Assembly: GCA_951406725.2 (NCBI GenBank)
Contig: OX597837.1
Span: 2,852,001 to 2,916,000 of the forward strand
Direction of reading: 5' to 3'
DNA from: Octopus vulgaris
Taxonomy: Eukaryota
Length of the DNA stretch: 64,000 nt
Below, in pieces: positions 24,497 to 36,093 of this stretch (positions are counted from its first letter, which is position 1; each line of letters opens with the position of its first letter). The notes beneath the pieces were generated by a model. That model worked only from the letters and a program-made list of their open reading frames with translations. It was not told the origin of the DNA and searched no databases. The position numbers were made by a program, and so were the translations under genes.

Positions 24497-25600
24497 ATGG
24501 ATTTTCCTGAAGAATTACCAAAGGAGGTGAGAAAATCGTCATACCCCTGTGATATCTGTCAAAAGTCTTTCTCTCTGAAAAGTACCCTTATTAATCATAA
24601 AATCATTCTCTCGACTACAAACTTCAATTACTCACAAGCACATCCATACAGAAGAAGGGCCATATGGATGTGATACCTGTGGTCAATCATTCACTCTAAA
24701 AAGTCACCTGAAAGATCATAAATGTACTCATACAGATGAAAAACCATATCACTGTGATATCTGTGGTAAATCATTCACTGCAAAACGCATATTAACAACA
24801 CATAGACGTATCCATACAGGAGGGAAAGTGCATAGCTGTGTTACCTGTAGTAAAAAACTCACTTAAAAGATCATAAATGTATCGATACAGGTGAAAAACC
24901 ATATCACTATGATATCTGGTAAATCATTCTCCCGTACTCATCATTTAATTATTCACAAACGCATCCATACAGGTGAAAGGCCATATGGATGTGATATCTG
25001 TGGTAAACCATTCACTCTAAAAAGTCACTTAAAAGGTCACAAACGTACTCACACAGGTGAAAAACCATATCATTGTGGTATCTGTGATAAATTATTCTCT
25101 TGGACTGATGGCCTAACTCGACACATATGTAGTCACACAGGTGAGAAGCCATATCAGTGTAACATTTGTGGTGAAATCCTTTTCAGACAAAGGTAATTTA
25201 GCTAAACACAAGTTTATTCATACAGGTGAGAAACCATATCACTGTGATATCTGTGGTAAATCATTCTCTTATGGAACGGGATTAACTGTTCACAAATGTA
25301 TTTACACGGGAGAAGAGCCATACAACTGTAATACCGGTGGTAAATCGTTTTCTCAAAGATGTTACTTAATTAACCATGTACCTATTCATACAGGTGAGAA
25401 GTGATATCTGTGATAAATCATTCTCTCGTAGTACTACCTTAATTAGACACAAACGTATTCATACAGGTGAGAAGCCATACCGCTGTAATGTCTGTGGTAA
25501 ATCATTCTCATTAAAAGTTCAGTTAAGTAAGCACAAATACTCTCATACAAGACAAAAGCTGTATCACTGTGACAGATCATTCTCTCAAACTGGACAGATT
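24497..25600 (+). pseudogene. Poly-C2H2 zinc finger pseudogene (unit 3)
   Basis: Starts [18 protein letters not shown] like genes 4 and 5; deletions and frameshifts at ~24603, 24860, 24910, 25175 and 25400. Confidence 0.85.
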
Positions 25601-28083
25601 CCCTATCTGTGTGTGTGTGTGTGTGTCACTGAAGCCATTCATACATAACCTCTCTCTTGCTTTTTTCTGTCAATCACTCACACATTCATTCACTACAAAA
25701 TGTGAATAAAAAATTTCAGTTATTTCTCTCTCTCTCTCTGTCTCATATACACACACAGCAGCAACATTAGTTTCTCTGTCTCTTCACACACACACTAACA
25801 AAAGCAATTCACATACACACCACACATCAATTCTTCCACTTAACGCCAACTTCAAAAGATCCCCTTTCCTCCAACCCCATATTTAAAAAATTAAAATTTT
25901 TCACGGAAACTGACGATCATTTTCAAAAATGTAAATGAACACATGTGGTTTATAAGCAGTTTGTAAGTGACAGTCATGTGTTTCCATATCGAAAGATCGC
26001 CCACTGTTTTGATAATTAGACAGAGGTGCAATAGAATTGCTCTCAGAAACAGACTACGTACAAATTCGTTCTTCACAACTCTTGAAGCTGTTTTTTCTGG
26101 CAAACGGGGTGGGGTGGGGGGAGTCAGGAAATTTTCATACAGCTGGAGGCTCCGATAGAAACAGGACCCGAAAGGATACGGTTGACAAAAGCTATTATAG
26201 ATTATGCCTAACCGAAAATGATCATAGCCACATCATCCAAACAGACTGGGTGAAACCAGGATTAGCTGCAAATATATATATGATATATTTATGATAGATA
26301 TATGCATACACAGGTAAATTATTAGTATCAAAATCCTAGATACAATAATTTCTTACCTGTTTCAACTTTGTTCCTTTTAACTCTCTTTGAATAGGAACCC
26401 TTAAGACCTCATTTAACTCTTGTGCGAGTATATATATCATATATTTATGATAGATATTTGTATACACAGGTAAATTATTAGTATCACAATCCTAAATACA
26501 ATAAATTCTTACCTGTTTCAACTATGTTCCTTTTAACTCTTGTGCGAGTTCTTTCCCCCTTCTTTTTTAACTCCTCTAATCTCTTTTCGAGATTATCTAT
26601 CTCTGGATCTGTTTCAGAAAGTATTTTTATACCACGACCAAAAGATGTTTCTCGATGCAGCACAAGCTTCATGAGTTGGTGCATACACAGGTAAATTATT
26701 AGTATCAAAATCCTAGATACAATAATTTCTTACCTGTTTCAATTTTGTTCCTTTTAACTCTCTTTGAATAGGAACCCTTAAGACCTCATTTAACTCTTGT
26801 GTGCCAGTATATATATATCATATATTTATGATATATATATGTATACACAGGTAAATTATTAGTATCACAATCCTAAATACTATAAATTCTTACCTGTTTC
26901 AACTATGTTCCTTTTAACTCTTGTGCGAGTTCTTTCCCCCTTCTTTTTTAACTCCTCTAATCTCTTTTCGAGATTATCTATCTCTGGATCTGTTTCAGAA
27001 AGTATTTTTATACCACGACCAAAAGATGTTTCTCGATGCAGCACAAGCTCTAATTCTTCATGAGTTGGTGCATACACAGGTAAATTATTAGTATCAAAAT
27101 CCTAGATACAATAATTTCTTACCTGTTTCAATTTTGTTCCTTTTAACACTCTTTGAATAGGAACCCTTAAGACCTCATTGAACTCTTGTGCGAGTATATA
27201 TATCATATATTTATGATATATATATGTATACACAGGTAAATTATTAGTATCAAAATCCTAGATACAATAATTTCTTACCTGTTTCAATTTTGTTCCTTTT
27301 AACTCTTGTGCAAGTATATATATATCATATATTTATGATATATATATGTATACACAGGTAAATTATTAGTATCAAAATCTTAGATACTATAATTTCTTAC
27401 CTGTTTCAATTTTGTTCCTTTTAACACTCTTTGAATAGGAACCCTTAAGACCTCATTTAACTCTTGTGCGAGTATATATGTCATATATTTATGATATATA
27501 TATGTATACACAGGTAAATTATTAGTATCAAAATACTAAATACAATAATTTCTTACCTGTTTCAATTTTGTTCCTTTTAACTCTTGTGCAAGTATATATA
27601 TATCATATATTTATGATATATATATGTATACACAGGTAAATTATTAGTATCAAAATCCTAGATACAATAATTTCTTACCTGTTTCAATTTTGTTCCTTTT
27701 AACTCTTGTGCAAGTATATATATATCATATATTTATGATATATATATGTATACACAGGTAAATTATTAGTATCAAAATCTTAGATACTATAACTTCTTAC
27801 CTGTTTCAATTTTGTTCCTTTTAACACTCTTTGAATAGGAACCCTTAAGACCTCATTTAACTCTTGTGCGAGTATATATGTCATATATTTATGATATATA
27901 TATGTATACACAGGTAAATTATTAGTATCAAAATCCTAAATACAATAAATTCTTACCTGTTTCAACTTTGTTCCTTTTAACTCTCTTTGAATAGGAACCC
28001 TTAAGACCTCATTTAACTCTTGTGCAAGTATATATATCATATATTTATGATAGATATTTGTATACACAGGTAAATTATTAGTA

Positions 28084-28566
28084 TCAAAATCCTAAATACA
28101 ATAAATTCTTACCTGTTTCAACTTTGTTCCTTTTAACCCTCTTTGAATAGGAACCTGTAGTGACGTCGAGGGGGAGCTTTTGTATATAGGCGAGCAACCT
28201 TGAAAAAAAAATTTTTCGAAGGAGAGGAGCGTCTGCAGCTTTACCGCTCAACTCTCTTAGTCTTCTCAAAAATTCAGAAGGAGTCCTATCTTCCAACTCC
28301 TCATCCGTCATTAATTCATTGAAGCGACTTTCTTCGCTTCTAGTGTTCCTCTTCTCCACTTCTAATTTAACAGACGCATAAGTGGCGTCTGGTCCAGGAA
28401 TTGTGATAAGATCTCTGGCGGTAGTTGCAAGTTGAGGAGGCATACAACCATACAGGATTTGCAACTGCTGCTGGGAAGAAACATTATGTGCACAAAATTG
28501 TGCCTCTAGCTGCGCAAACCACAGTGTGACATCACCTGTGAAATTAGGTAATGATGTTAGAGACAT
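28084..28566 (-). CDS. Gypsy-type Gag N-terminal ORF (truncated), reading out into the tandem repeat
   Basis: LPNF..DVTLWFAQLEAQF..Y..VK....R....EE.RF.EL...EL.DRTPSEFLRRLREL is the Gag N-terminus of invertebrate Gypsy elements; the last ~23 aa come from the array. Confidence 0.7.
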   Translation of the reverse strand: MSLTSLPNFTGDVTLWFAQLEAQFCAHNVSSQQQLQILYGCMPPQLATTARDLITIPGPDATYASVKLEVEKRNTRSEESRFNELMTDEELEDRTPSEFLRRLRELSGKAADAPLLRKIFFSRLLAYIQKLPLDVTTGSYSKRVKRNKVETGKNLLYLGF

Positions 28567-29109
28567 TTTTATAGCTTTTAACTTTTAGATGATTCTGTCA
28601 GAGGAAAGGTAAACTGACAACGAATCAACGTTGAACAGATGCAACAAGGAAAAAGGGAAAAAGAAAGACCAGCAATTGAACATATATTCTTTGTTTTCTT
28701 ATTCACAGAAAGAAGTAAGGTGGTATATTGGTATCCACTTGGTTCTGGTGTGGCAAGGCTGAACTTTAACACTTGTAAGAATCTTACAAGTTCAGCAGCA
28801 AAACAGAGCAGTACAAATCTTAGCGTCCAGAGACAGCGGAGAAAATAGGTCCGCCACAATCTCGTATGAAGGCGTTCTGGTACTGCTGCTATGCATGTCT
28901 CTCTGTGCCCTTGTTAAGGGAATGCTGTCCCTCGCCTATCAGCTAATGCCACATCAGCAATTCCTTCTTCAGTCTTCGCGCATGTCCGAGAGGGCACTTC
29001 CCTTCTGCCTTTCCAGAAGGCTCCAACCCCGCACACTGAAAAAGGACGTTCCGCACCCCCACACTGAAAATGACGTTGCGCGCGCGCACTGTTGTATGAC
29101 GTCACTACA
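28156..29109 (-). mobile_element. 954-bp Gypsy LTR-type insertion
   Basis: TGTAGTGACGTC..GACGTCACTACA 12-bp inverted ends, 4-bp TSD AACC; first ~450 bp homologous to the LTR at 53852. Confidence 0.88.
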
Positions 29110-30128
29110 AACCCTTAAGACCTCATTTAACTCTTGTGCAAGTATATATATCATATATTTATGATAGATATTTGTATACACAGGTAAATTATTAGTATCA
29201 AAATCCTAGATACAATAAATTCTTACCTGTTTCAACTTTGTTCCTTTTAACTCTCTTTGAATAGGAACCCTTAAGACCTCATTTAACTCTTGTGCGAGTA
29301 TATATATCATATATTTATGATATATATATGTATACACAGGTAAATTATTAGTATCAAAATCCTAAATACAATAAATTCTTACCTGTTTCAACTATGTTCC
29401 TTTTAACTCTCTTTGAATAGGAGCCCTGAAGACCTCATTTAACTCTTGTGCGAGTATATATATCATATATTTATGATAGATATTTGTATACACAGGTAAA
29501 TTATTAGTATCAAAATCCTAGATACAATAAATTCTTACCTGTTTCAACTTTGTTCCTTTTAACACTCTTTGAATAGGAACCCTTAAGACCTCATTTAACT
29601 CTTGTGCAAGTATATATATCATATATTTATGATAGATATTTGTATACACAGGTAAATTATTAGTATCAAAATCCTAAATACAATAAATTCTTACCTGTTT
29701 CAACTTTGTTCCTTTTAACTCTCTTTGAATAGGAACCCTTAAGACCTCATTTAACTCTTGTGCGAGTATATATATCATATATTTATGATAGATATTTGTA
29801 TACACAGGTAAATTATTAGTATCACAATCCTAAATACAATAAATTCTTACCTGTTTCAACTATGTTCCTTTTAACTCTTGTGCGAGTTCTTTCCCCCTTC
29901 TTTTTTAACTCCTCTAATCTCTTTTCGAGATTATCTATCTCTGGATCTGTTTCAGAAAGTATTTTTATACCACGACCAAAAGATGTTCCTCGATGCAGCA
30001 CAAGCTCTAATTCTTCAGGAGTTGGTGCATTAACTTGGGCAATGAAGATTGAAAAATTTTAGGAACATTCATGGCTTTATGGTCGCATTAATTTATACAA
30101 ATATATTGCATTTGTTACTTATTTATTA

Positions 30129-30360
30129 GTGGAGGCATGTCAGCATCATGATCGTAAGATTGTGGTTTCGATTCCTGGACCAGGCGATGCGTTGTGTTCT
30201 TGAGCAAAACACTTCATTTCACATTGCTCCAGTCCACTCAGCTGGCAAAGATGAGTAACGCTGCAATGGACTGGCGTCCCGTCCAGCTGGGGTACACATA
30301 TGCCTAAGAAACTGGGCCCATGAGCCTGGCTAGGCTTTTAAAGGGCGCATTTATTTATTT
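30129..30360 (+). mobile_element. tRNA-derived SINE (family of 53022-53345)
   Basis: CATGATCGTAAGATTGTGGTTTCGATTCC B-box; TTGCTCCAGTCCACTCAGCTGGCAAA core; (TTTA)n tail. Confidence 0.7.
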
Positions 30361-30621
30361 TATTCATTTATTAACTGTTAATAAAATGACTTGTGTTTTA
30401 ACAGAATCAAATTGTTGTTCACTTTTTTTTTCCATTTTATTAAATTCAATTATGTTTAACATTATTTATTTTACAGCGTGGAAGGGGTTTATAAGCCATT
30501 TAAGAAACACACAATAACCATTAGGTTCATTTCAACATTTAAATTTAATTTGTCTAAATATTTTCGTCACTTTGAGACCGCGACCTGTTCACTGACAAAA
30601 CTTCATGCTGCATCTGAGAAA

Positions 30622-31772
30622 GTAACAGTTAGTTCATGATATATATTGATATGGAGGTCAATTCGGAATCAGTGCTATGACCTACTTTTGCTGGTTTGTA
30701 GTCTTGAAGTCTGGGATATAAAGTTATTGCCTTTTGTTCTGCCAATTCCTGGAAAGATTAACGAGCTTCGAAGAGACCTTTGCCCTTTTTCCGGTCAAAG
30801 AAGGGTCGAGGAAGCTACCCTTTAAAAAGCAGGAGCTGTGAGTCTGTTGGTCAGTTCGCCCGGAGACAGTGAATTGGTAACAGGGCAGTTTAGGATTTCT
30901 GCCTGAGACAGCAAAAGGGGCCGGAGGAGGCGGTCAGCTGGCGAGAGGAAGACAGGCAGATAGGATTAAGAAGAGCGAGAGGCAACGACAATGTTGAGAA
31001 AGACATACACAGAGGATTGAGGAGGTGAGGGAGATTACGGCGTGAAGGCATTGGCTCCTATTGTAGTAGGAGCTCGTAACGGTATGTTTATTTATGTTTT
31101 GATGTGTTAAAGAAGGAAAAAGAATTGTTGAAATGTAAAAGATTGATGTGAAAAAGGGAGGAAGAAGTACTGAATTAAAGAAATGAGATTATAAAGAACA
31201 TTGTGAATTGTGTTACAGAGATGTTGAACTCTGAACTGTATCGTTAATGTGAACATTATTTGCCTTAATTTGATCTGAACTGTTGTCTCCGGACTGTATA
31301 TTGTACCTGCATGCTTTGATCTTGTTAATTTTGTTGCATGTTATTCTCTTTGATGTACCTGATGTATTTTACATTGTATTTGATGTCGTAATTGTCATAA
31401 ACTGTTGTTAAACATAAGCCAATTGCTTTCCGCCGTGTCTCTTCCGGCTGTTGTTTGTTGTTGTTCTCGCCGGTCGCCGGTTGCCGAGCTTGCTGCCGCC
31501 TTCCCCCACCGAATTCTCTCTGGGTCCGTGGCGAATTCACCGGTCGATCGTCGTCGCTCGACTTGGTAGGGTCCCGGGTTTCCGAAGAGTTTGAGCGACG
31601 GCAGGTATTCGTAACAATATGTATGTATGTGTGCATGCCTTTATGCATATATGTATGTACCTATGTACTTACGTATGTATGTGAGTGTTTAGACGTGTCT
31701 GTGCGTTTGAACATGTGAACGTATGTTTATGTACTGATATGTGTCAGTTCAAGTTGTATACATGACTGTTAC
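30622..31772. mobile_element. Unclassified ~1.1-kb insertion, possibly LTR-like, with a GC-rich nested segment ending CGTAACA (31616)
   Basis: Interrupts the 3' flank shared with other ZNF units; GTAACAGT..ACTGTTAC ends; no TSD established. Confidence 0.3.
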
Positions 31773-32719
31773 CTTGTTGAAGGTTGTATATATGTATACA
31801 CACATCCTTATATTTGCAATCTGACTCATTCTCTGTTATGAACATTCACCAAAACTGTGCTTACTCCAATCCAACTTAAATAGAGCAAATGCATTCAGCT
31901 TCAGACTAACACCAGTTGAGAAAAGAATAAGATGAAAAGTATTTCAGTTATTTCTAAACTGAAGTTGAGAAAAGCTTTTATTAAAATTAATGTAATTTAT
32001 GATGCATTTTTTTCCAATATAATACAATTCATAAAAACTTCTACTTTTGAGAACAATGCAATTTATAACGAATAAAAATCACAGTTGTTGCCAGAGGCCT
32101 TACCCTGAAAAGTGCACAGCCTCACCTCTTTGTATTTAAGCCATCTACCTCAAGAAATTTCTATCCATATTTTGAATATGATCCCCTCTAAGATTAATCA
32201 AGTTTCACCAAGAGCTCATAGTCTGTTTATAGCCTTTTTAAATATCTCAATATTAGGACATTACCAGGGACTAAAATGTTGTCACATGCTGGCATTGAAA
32301 ATTTAAAAATAGACTTAACTCTCACTAAATGATGAAATCAATCACCAAAACTGCATCGAATGGCTTAACAGTCAATCTCTCAATGAATATGCACGAGATG
32401 TAGATGGGTCTCAAGTTCATAATAGTCTGCTGGATGCAATCGATTCAGAAATAATCACATTTTTGAAAGGAGTGTTTGAGTATAGAATGTCAAATTGAAC
32501 TAACATAGATGCAGGCCTGGGTATGTGGTTAAGAGGTTTGCTTTGCAACCATATGTTTTGGGTTCCATCCTAGAATACAGCACCCTAATTATGCTTGACT
32601 TTTTCCTACAGGAACTGTAGAAAGCTTCTCTTGTGCGTGAGAGACTGTTGATATTCACTGTTTGCCCCTGTTTCAGTGAAGCCGTGCGGATGTTGGTATC
32701 TCAACATATATATATATAT

Positions 32720-33110
32720 GAAGGGCTGTTAAATGTGAAGATTGGAAGAGAATCATCCCTATGTGAATCCAACAAAGGGACCAGCAGTATGATAGATAAG
32801 GCAATTAAAGGTATGAACACAGGAAAAGCCCCTGGTCCACAAGGAGTCACTACTGAAATGCTTAAAAATATCTGGTAGAGTAGGATATGGTCTTCTCACC
32901 TGTATAGTTGTTCAGGAAGGCATTAATTCCAGAGACTGGTGTAGCATCATCATAGCAGCTACAAGGCCTTAGAAGTAATTATGGCAGCATCAAATTACTG
33001 GACCAGGTAAGTTGTGAGAGTTACAGCCCAATTAAGTAGTCTATAAAGAATGCAGTGTTGTTTTATGCCTGGGAGAAGCACTACTCAGGCTATTTTCATA
33101 GGCAACTGTG
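32720..33110 (+). mobile_element. Degenerate RTE-like RT fragment
   Basis: AIKGMNTGKAPGPQGVTTEMLK; near-identical to 43160-43560. Confidence 0.7.
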
Positions 33111-33418
33111 GGATTCGAGGGCCCACAATCTCTTTAATATCTTCATGAAAAACTTGAGACATTTATAGGGTGGCTGTAAATGTCTTAAAAAAAGAACTGG
33201 TTCTCCTACTTTCAAGAGTCCCTCGTGAACCAACTTCATTTCAGGAAATGCAAATGAAGATAGCAATGGCAAATTCCTAACTATGGAAGGAGGATTAACG
33301 AAGATGCTGCAACACCACTGGCAGTGCTTCAGTATGGCCACAGCTCTTGAGTTGAAAATAAAGATTAAAAGAGATATGTATATATATAAAAATATAAACA
33401 CACATATATATATCATCA

Positions 33419-33729
33419 AGCGGATGTTAAATGATGATGATATATATTTCTTTACTGCCCACATGGGGCTAAACAGAGAGGGGACAGACGAAGGGATTGA
33501 GTTGATTATATCCCCGCCCCCGTGCAAAACTGGTACTTTATTTATCGACCCCGAAAGGATGAAAGGCGAGGTCAACTTTGCCTTTCATCCTTTCGGGGTC
33601 GATAAATAAAGTACCAGTTTCACACGGGGGGGGGCGATATAATCGACTCAATCCCTTTTTTTGTCCCCTCTGTGTTTAGCCCCATGTGGGCAGTAAAGAA
33701 ATATATATCATCATCATTTAACGTCTGCT
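33419..33729. repeat. Fold-back inverted repeat built from a SINE 3' half plus flank
   Basis: ~150-bp arms, centre near 33575 (AAAGGCGAGGTCAACTTTGCCTTT). Confidence 0.85.
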
Positions 33730-34522
33730 AGCATGGGTTGGACGATTTGACTGAGGTCTGGCGAACCAGACTCCAATCTGATCTGGCAGAGTTTCTACAG
33801 CTGCATGCCCTTCCTAACGCCAACCACTCCGAGAGTGTAGTTGGTGCTTTTATATCCCACCAGCATGAGGGCCAGTTTGGTGGTACTGGCAACGGCCATG
33901 CCCAAATAGTGCTTTTTACGTGCCATATATATATACATAAATCTATTCCTCCAATCTGAGTGTGTCACTCAAACTACTGCCTCAATTTACCTGGGATTAT
34001 ATTTAAAGGGTTATACATCATCATCATCATCGTTTAATGTCTGTTTTTCATGCTGGCATGGGTTGGACAGTTTGACTGAGAACTGGAAAGCCAGCAGCTA
34101 CACCACAGGCAAAGCGCCATACCCCCCAGAACAATATGAACTTTATTTTTCTATCTACTGTTTTATTCTATTTACTATGAATTCTCTGGAACTTTCCTGC
34201 ATGCATGCTTTGTCTCTGATGATGGTATCTACAGTGTGAGGAGATTTTGACCCATCACCTGTAAGACATTAATTAATTACACTGCCCCTTTTTTGATTCA
34301 CCTTATTCTAATAAAATACTCTAAATGACCTGAGATGCTCATTCTGCTTTGGTTTTGCTTTCCTTTTTAATATTTACCTGCTGACTTGGGAGAAGCCTAC
34401 TATGGATGTCTAGCTCCAGCCTCTGCTGTGAACTTGGAACTTAACAGATGACCAATTATAGCACTTACATAGTGTACCTGTTGGTTTAGACCATCAGTGA
34501 ACTAAACCCCTCATATTCTATA

Positions 34523-34877
34523 TGTAGCTTGCTTACGAACCACATGGTTCCGGGTTCAATCCCACTGCATGGCACCTTGGGCAAGTGTCTTCTACTATAG
34601 CCTTGGGCCGACCAAAGCCTTGTGAGTGGATTTGGTAGACGGAAACTGAAAGAAGCCCATCGTATATATATATGTGTGTGTTTGTCCCCCCAACATCGCT
34701 TGACAACCGATGCTTGTGTGTTTACGTCCCCGTAACTTAGCGGTTCGGCAAAAGAGCCCGATAAAATAAGTGCTAGGCTTACAAAGAATAAGTCCTGGGG
34801 TTGATTTGCTTAACTAAAGGCAGTGCTCCAGCATGGCCACAGTCAAATGACTGAAACAAGTAAAAGAGAAAAAGAGT
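34523..34877 (+). mobile_element. tRNA-derived SINE
   Basis: Family match (CACATGGTTCCGGGTTCAATCCC..GAAACAAGTAAAAGAG). Confidence 0.85.
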
Positions 34878-34949
34878 ATATGTGTGTGTGTATTTACATG
34901 TGTGAAAGCACATGGCTACGATATGAGCTACAACAAGTAGCACAGATTA

Positions 34950-35215
34950 ATTGTCACCCATAATTATAAACCTAGAATCGATCTATTGCATTTCAATCTT
35001 TTAGATTTAGGGGTGGGAGGAAGGGTATCTTTTTTTTTTTCTTCAGAAATGTAAATAAACCCAATCTGTTTCTTAAACGAGGGACATATACATACGGCAC
35101 AGAATGTTTTTTACCTCAATAGACGTCAGTGGTTGGTTGAAATTGTAGAAATTGAAGGAAAAAAACAAAAAATATCTTACAAACCATAGAATTTTCTCAA
35201 TAAAGCCAAGAGAAA
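34950..35215. mobile_element. Truncated GGATCT-family MITE
   Basis: Internal body only (ATTGTCACCCATAATTAT..AAAGCCAAGAGAAAA). Confidence 0.75.
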
Positions 35216-35275
35216 AACACCGTGTATACCCTAATTACCTTATGATATCTGGAATTAGACACTACTATTGCGGGT

Positions 35276-35704
35276 GTAATATTTGTTGATCGAAAGTGCG
35301 GCTGGCGACGAAATCAGCTTCGCTCGTTCATAGGCGATATGTTATGGGTGTTATTGGAGAAGAAATAAGGAAATGCTTGAATGTCGATGTAGAATGAGGT
35401 GGATAAAACGGGTGCTACTAGCGAACAGTGGTCCCGGTGCGCGCATCCGTGCTAGCTAGTCGTGACTAGTCGATCCTACAACGACTACGCAGCAAAGTAA
35501 ATAAAACACAAAATAAATCATTTTTTTACACAAAGTAAGGATCGACTAGTCATGACTAGCTGGCGCAGATGCGCGAGTACGCGCACCTGGACCACTGTTC
35601 GCTAGTAGTATCGATAAAACGTTGCTAAACCTCATTTTAACGATTAAATATTCACTTTGATAAAAACGTATAACATATTGATTAAGTGTTTGCATTTGAA
35701 AATG
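35276..35704 (+). promoter_or_regulatory. Putative promoter and non-coding exon 1 of ZNF gene 4 (contains a MITE)
   Basis: GTAATATTTGTTGATCGAAAGTGCGGC (core 35291-35302); donor AAATG|GTAAGT at 35704/35705; acceptor ends at 38604. Confidence 0.6.
35411..35612. mobile_element. MITE, GGTRCTACTAGCGAAC family, 9-bp TSD
   Basis: TSD GATAAAACG on both sides; site empty in genes 3 and 5. Confidence 0.85.
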
Positions 35705-35823
35705 GTAAGTTGATAAACGTTAATTTCAATGGTGTAGTAATATATGTAAATTATAGAATTGCGTTTCATTTCGCGGATAAGGTATTTATATTGGAGCGAA
35801 AACAAGAATGGGAAAAGATATTT

Positions 35824-36093
35824 GGCATTCCTTCGATATAGCTCGACATGGTCGAGACATTTCACTTCGGGTATTTCCTTGGGTATAGATATAACGAAAT
35901 TATGCCAGCAATGTCTCATTTTAAACTTGAAGAAAAAAGCAGCCTTGCATATTTGTTCTAACCTGTTTCATGTGCGTGTATGTAAAATCCGCGCAAATTT
36001 CCTAGCAGAACACAGAATCGAACTTTCATTTGCTTCCACGGATATACCCGGTGAAGTGTTTTGATTTTTGTCGAGTTATATCGAAAGAATGCC
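35824..36093. mobile_element. MITE, GGCATTC family, 8-bp TSD
   Basis: TSD AGATATTT; homologous to 2400-2643. Confidence 0.85.

Larger units (their letters stand above)
26266..30030. repeat. Tandem array of 17 units (mostly 156 or 122 bp) with three longer coding-like variants
   Basis: CACAGGTAAATTATTAGTATC recurs at 26309, 26465, 26686, 26846, 27075, 27231, 27353, 27509, 27631, 27753, 27909, 28065, 29179, 29335, 29491, 29647 and 29803. Confidence 0.92.

Noticed and set aside
26484-27077. ESCRT-III MIM-like or coiled-coil protein gene from DNLEKRLEELKK
   Set aside because: Too short and generic to assign; no intact start in frame; kept only as an unidentified exon in the array finding
26266-30030. 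CRISPR-like array
   Set aside because: Units repeat in full with no unique spacers, the context is eukaryotic and no cas genes are present
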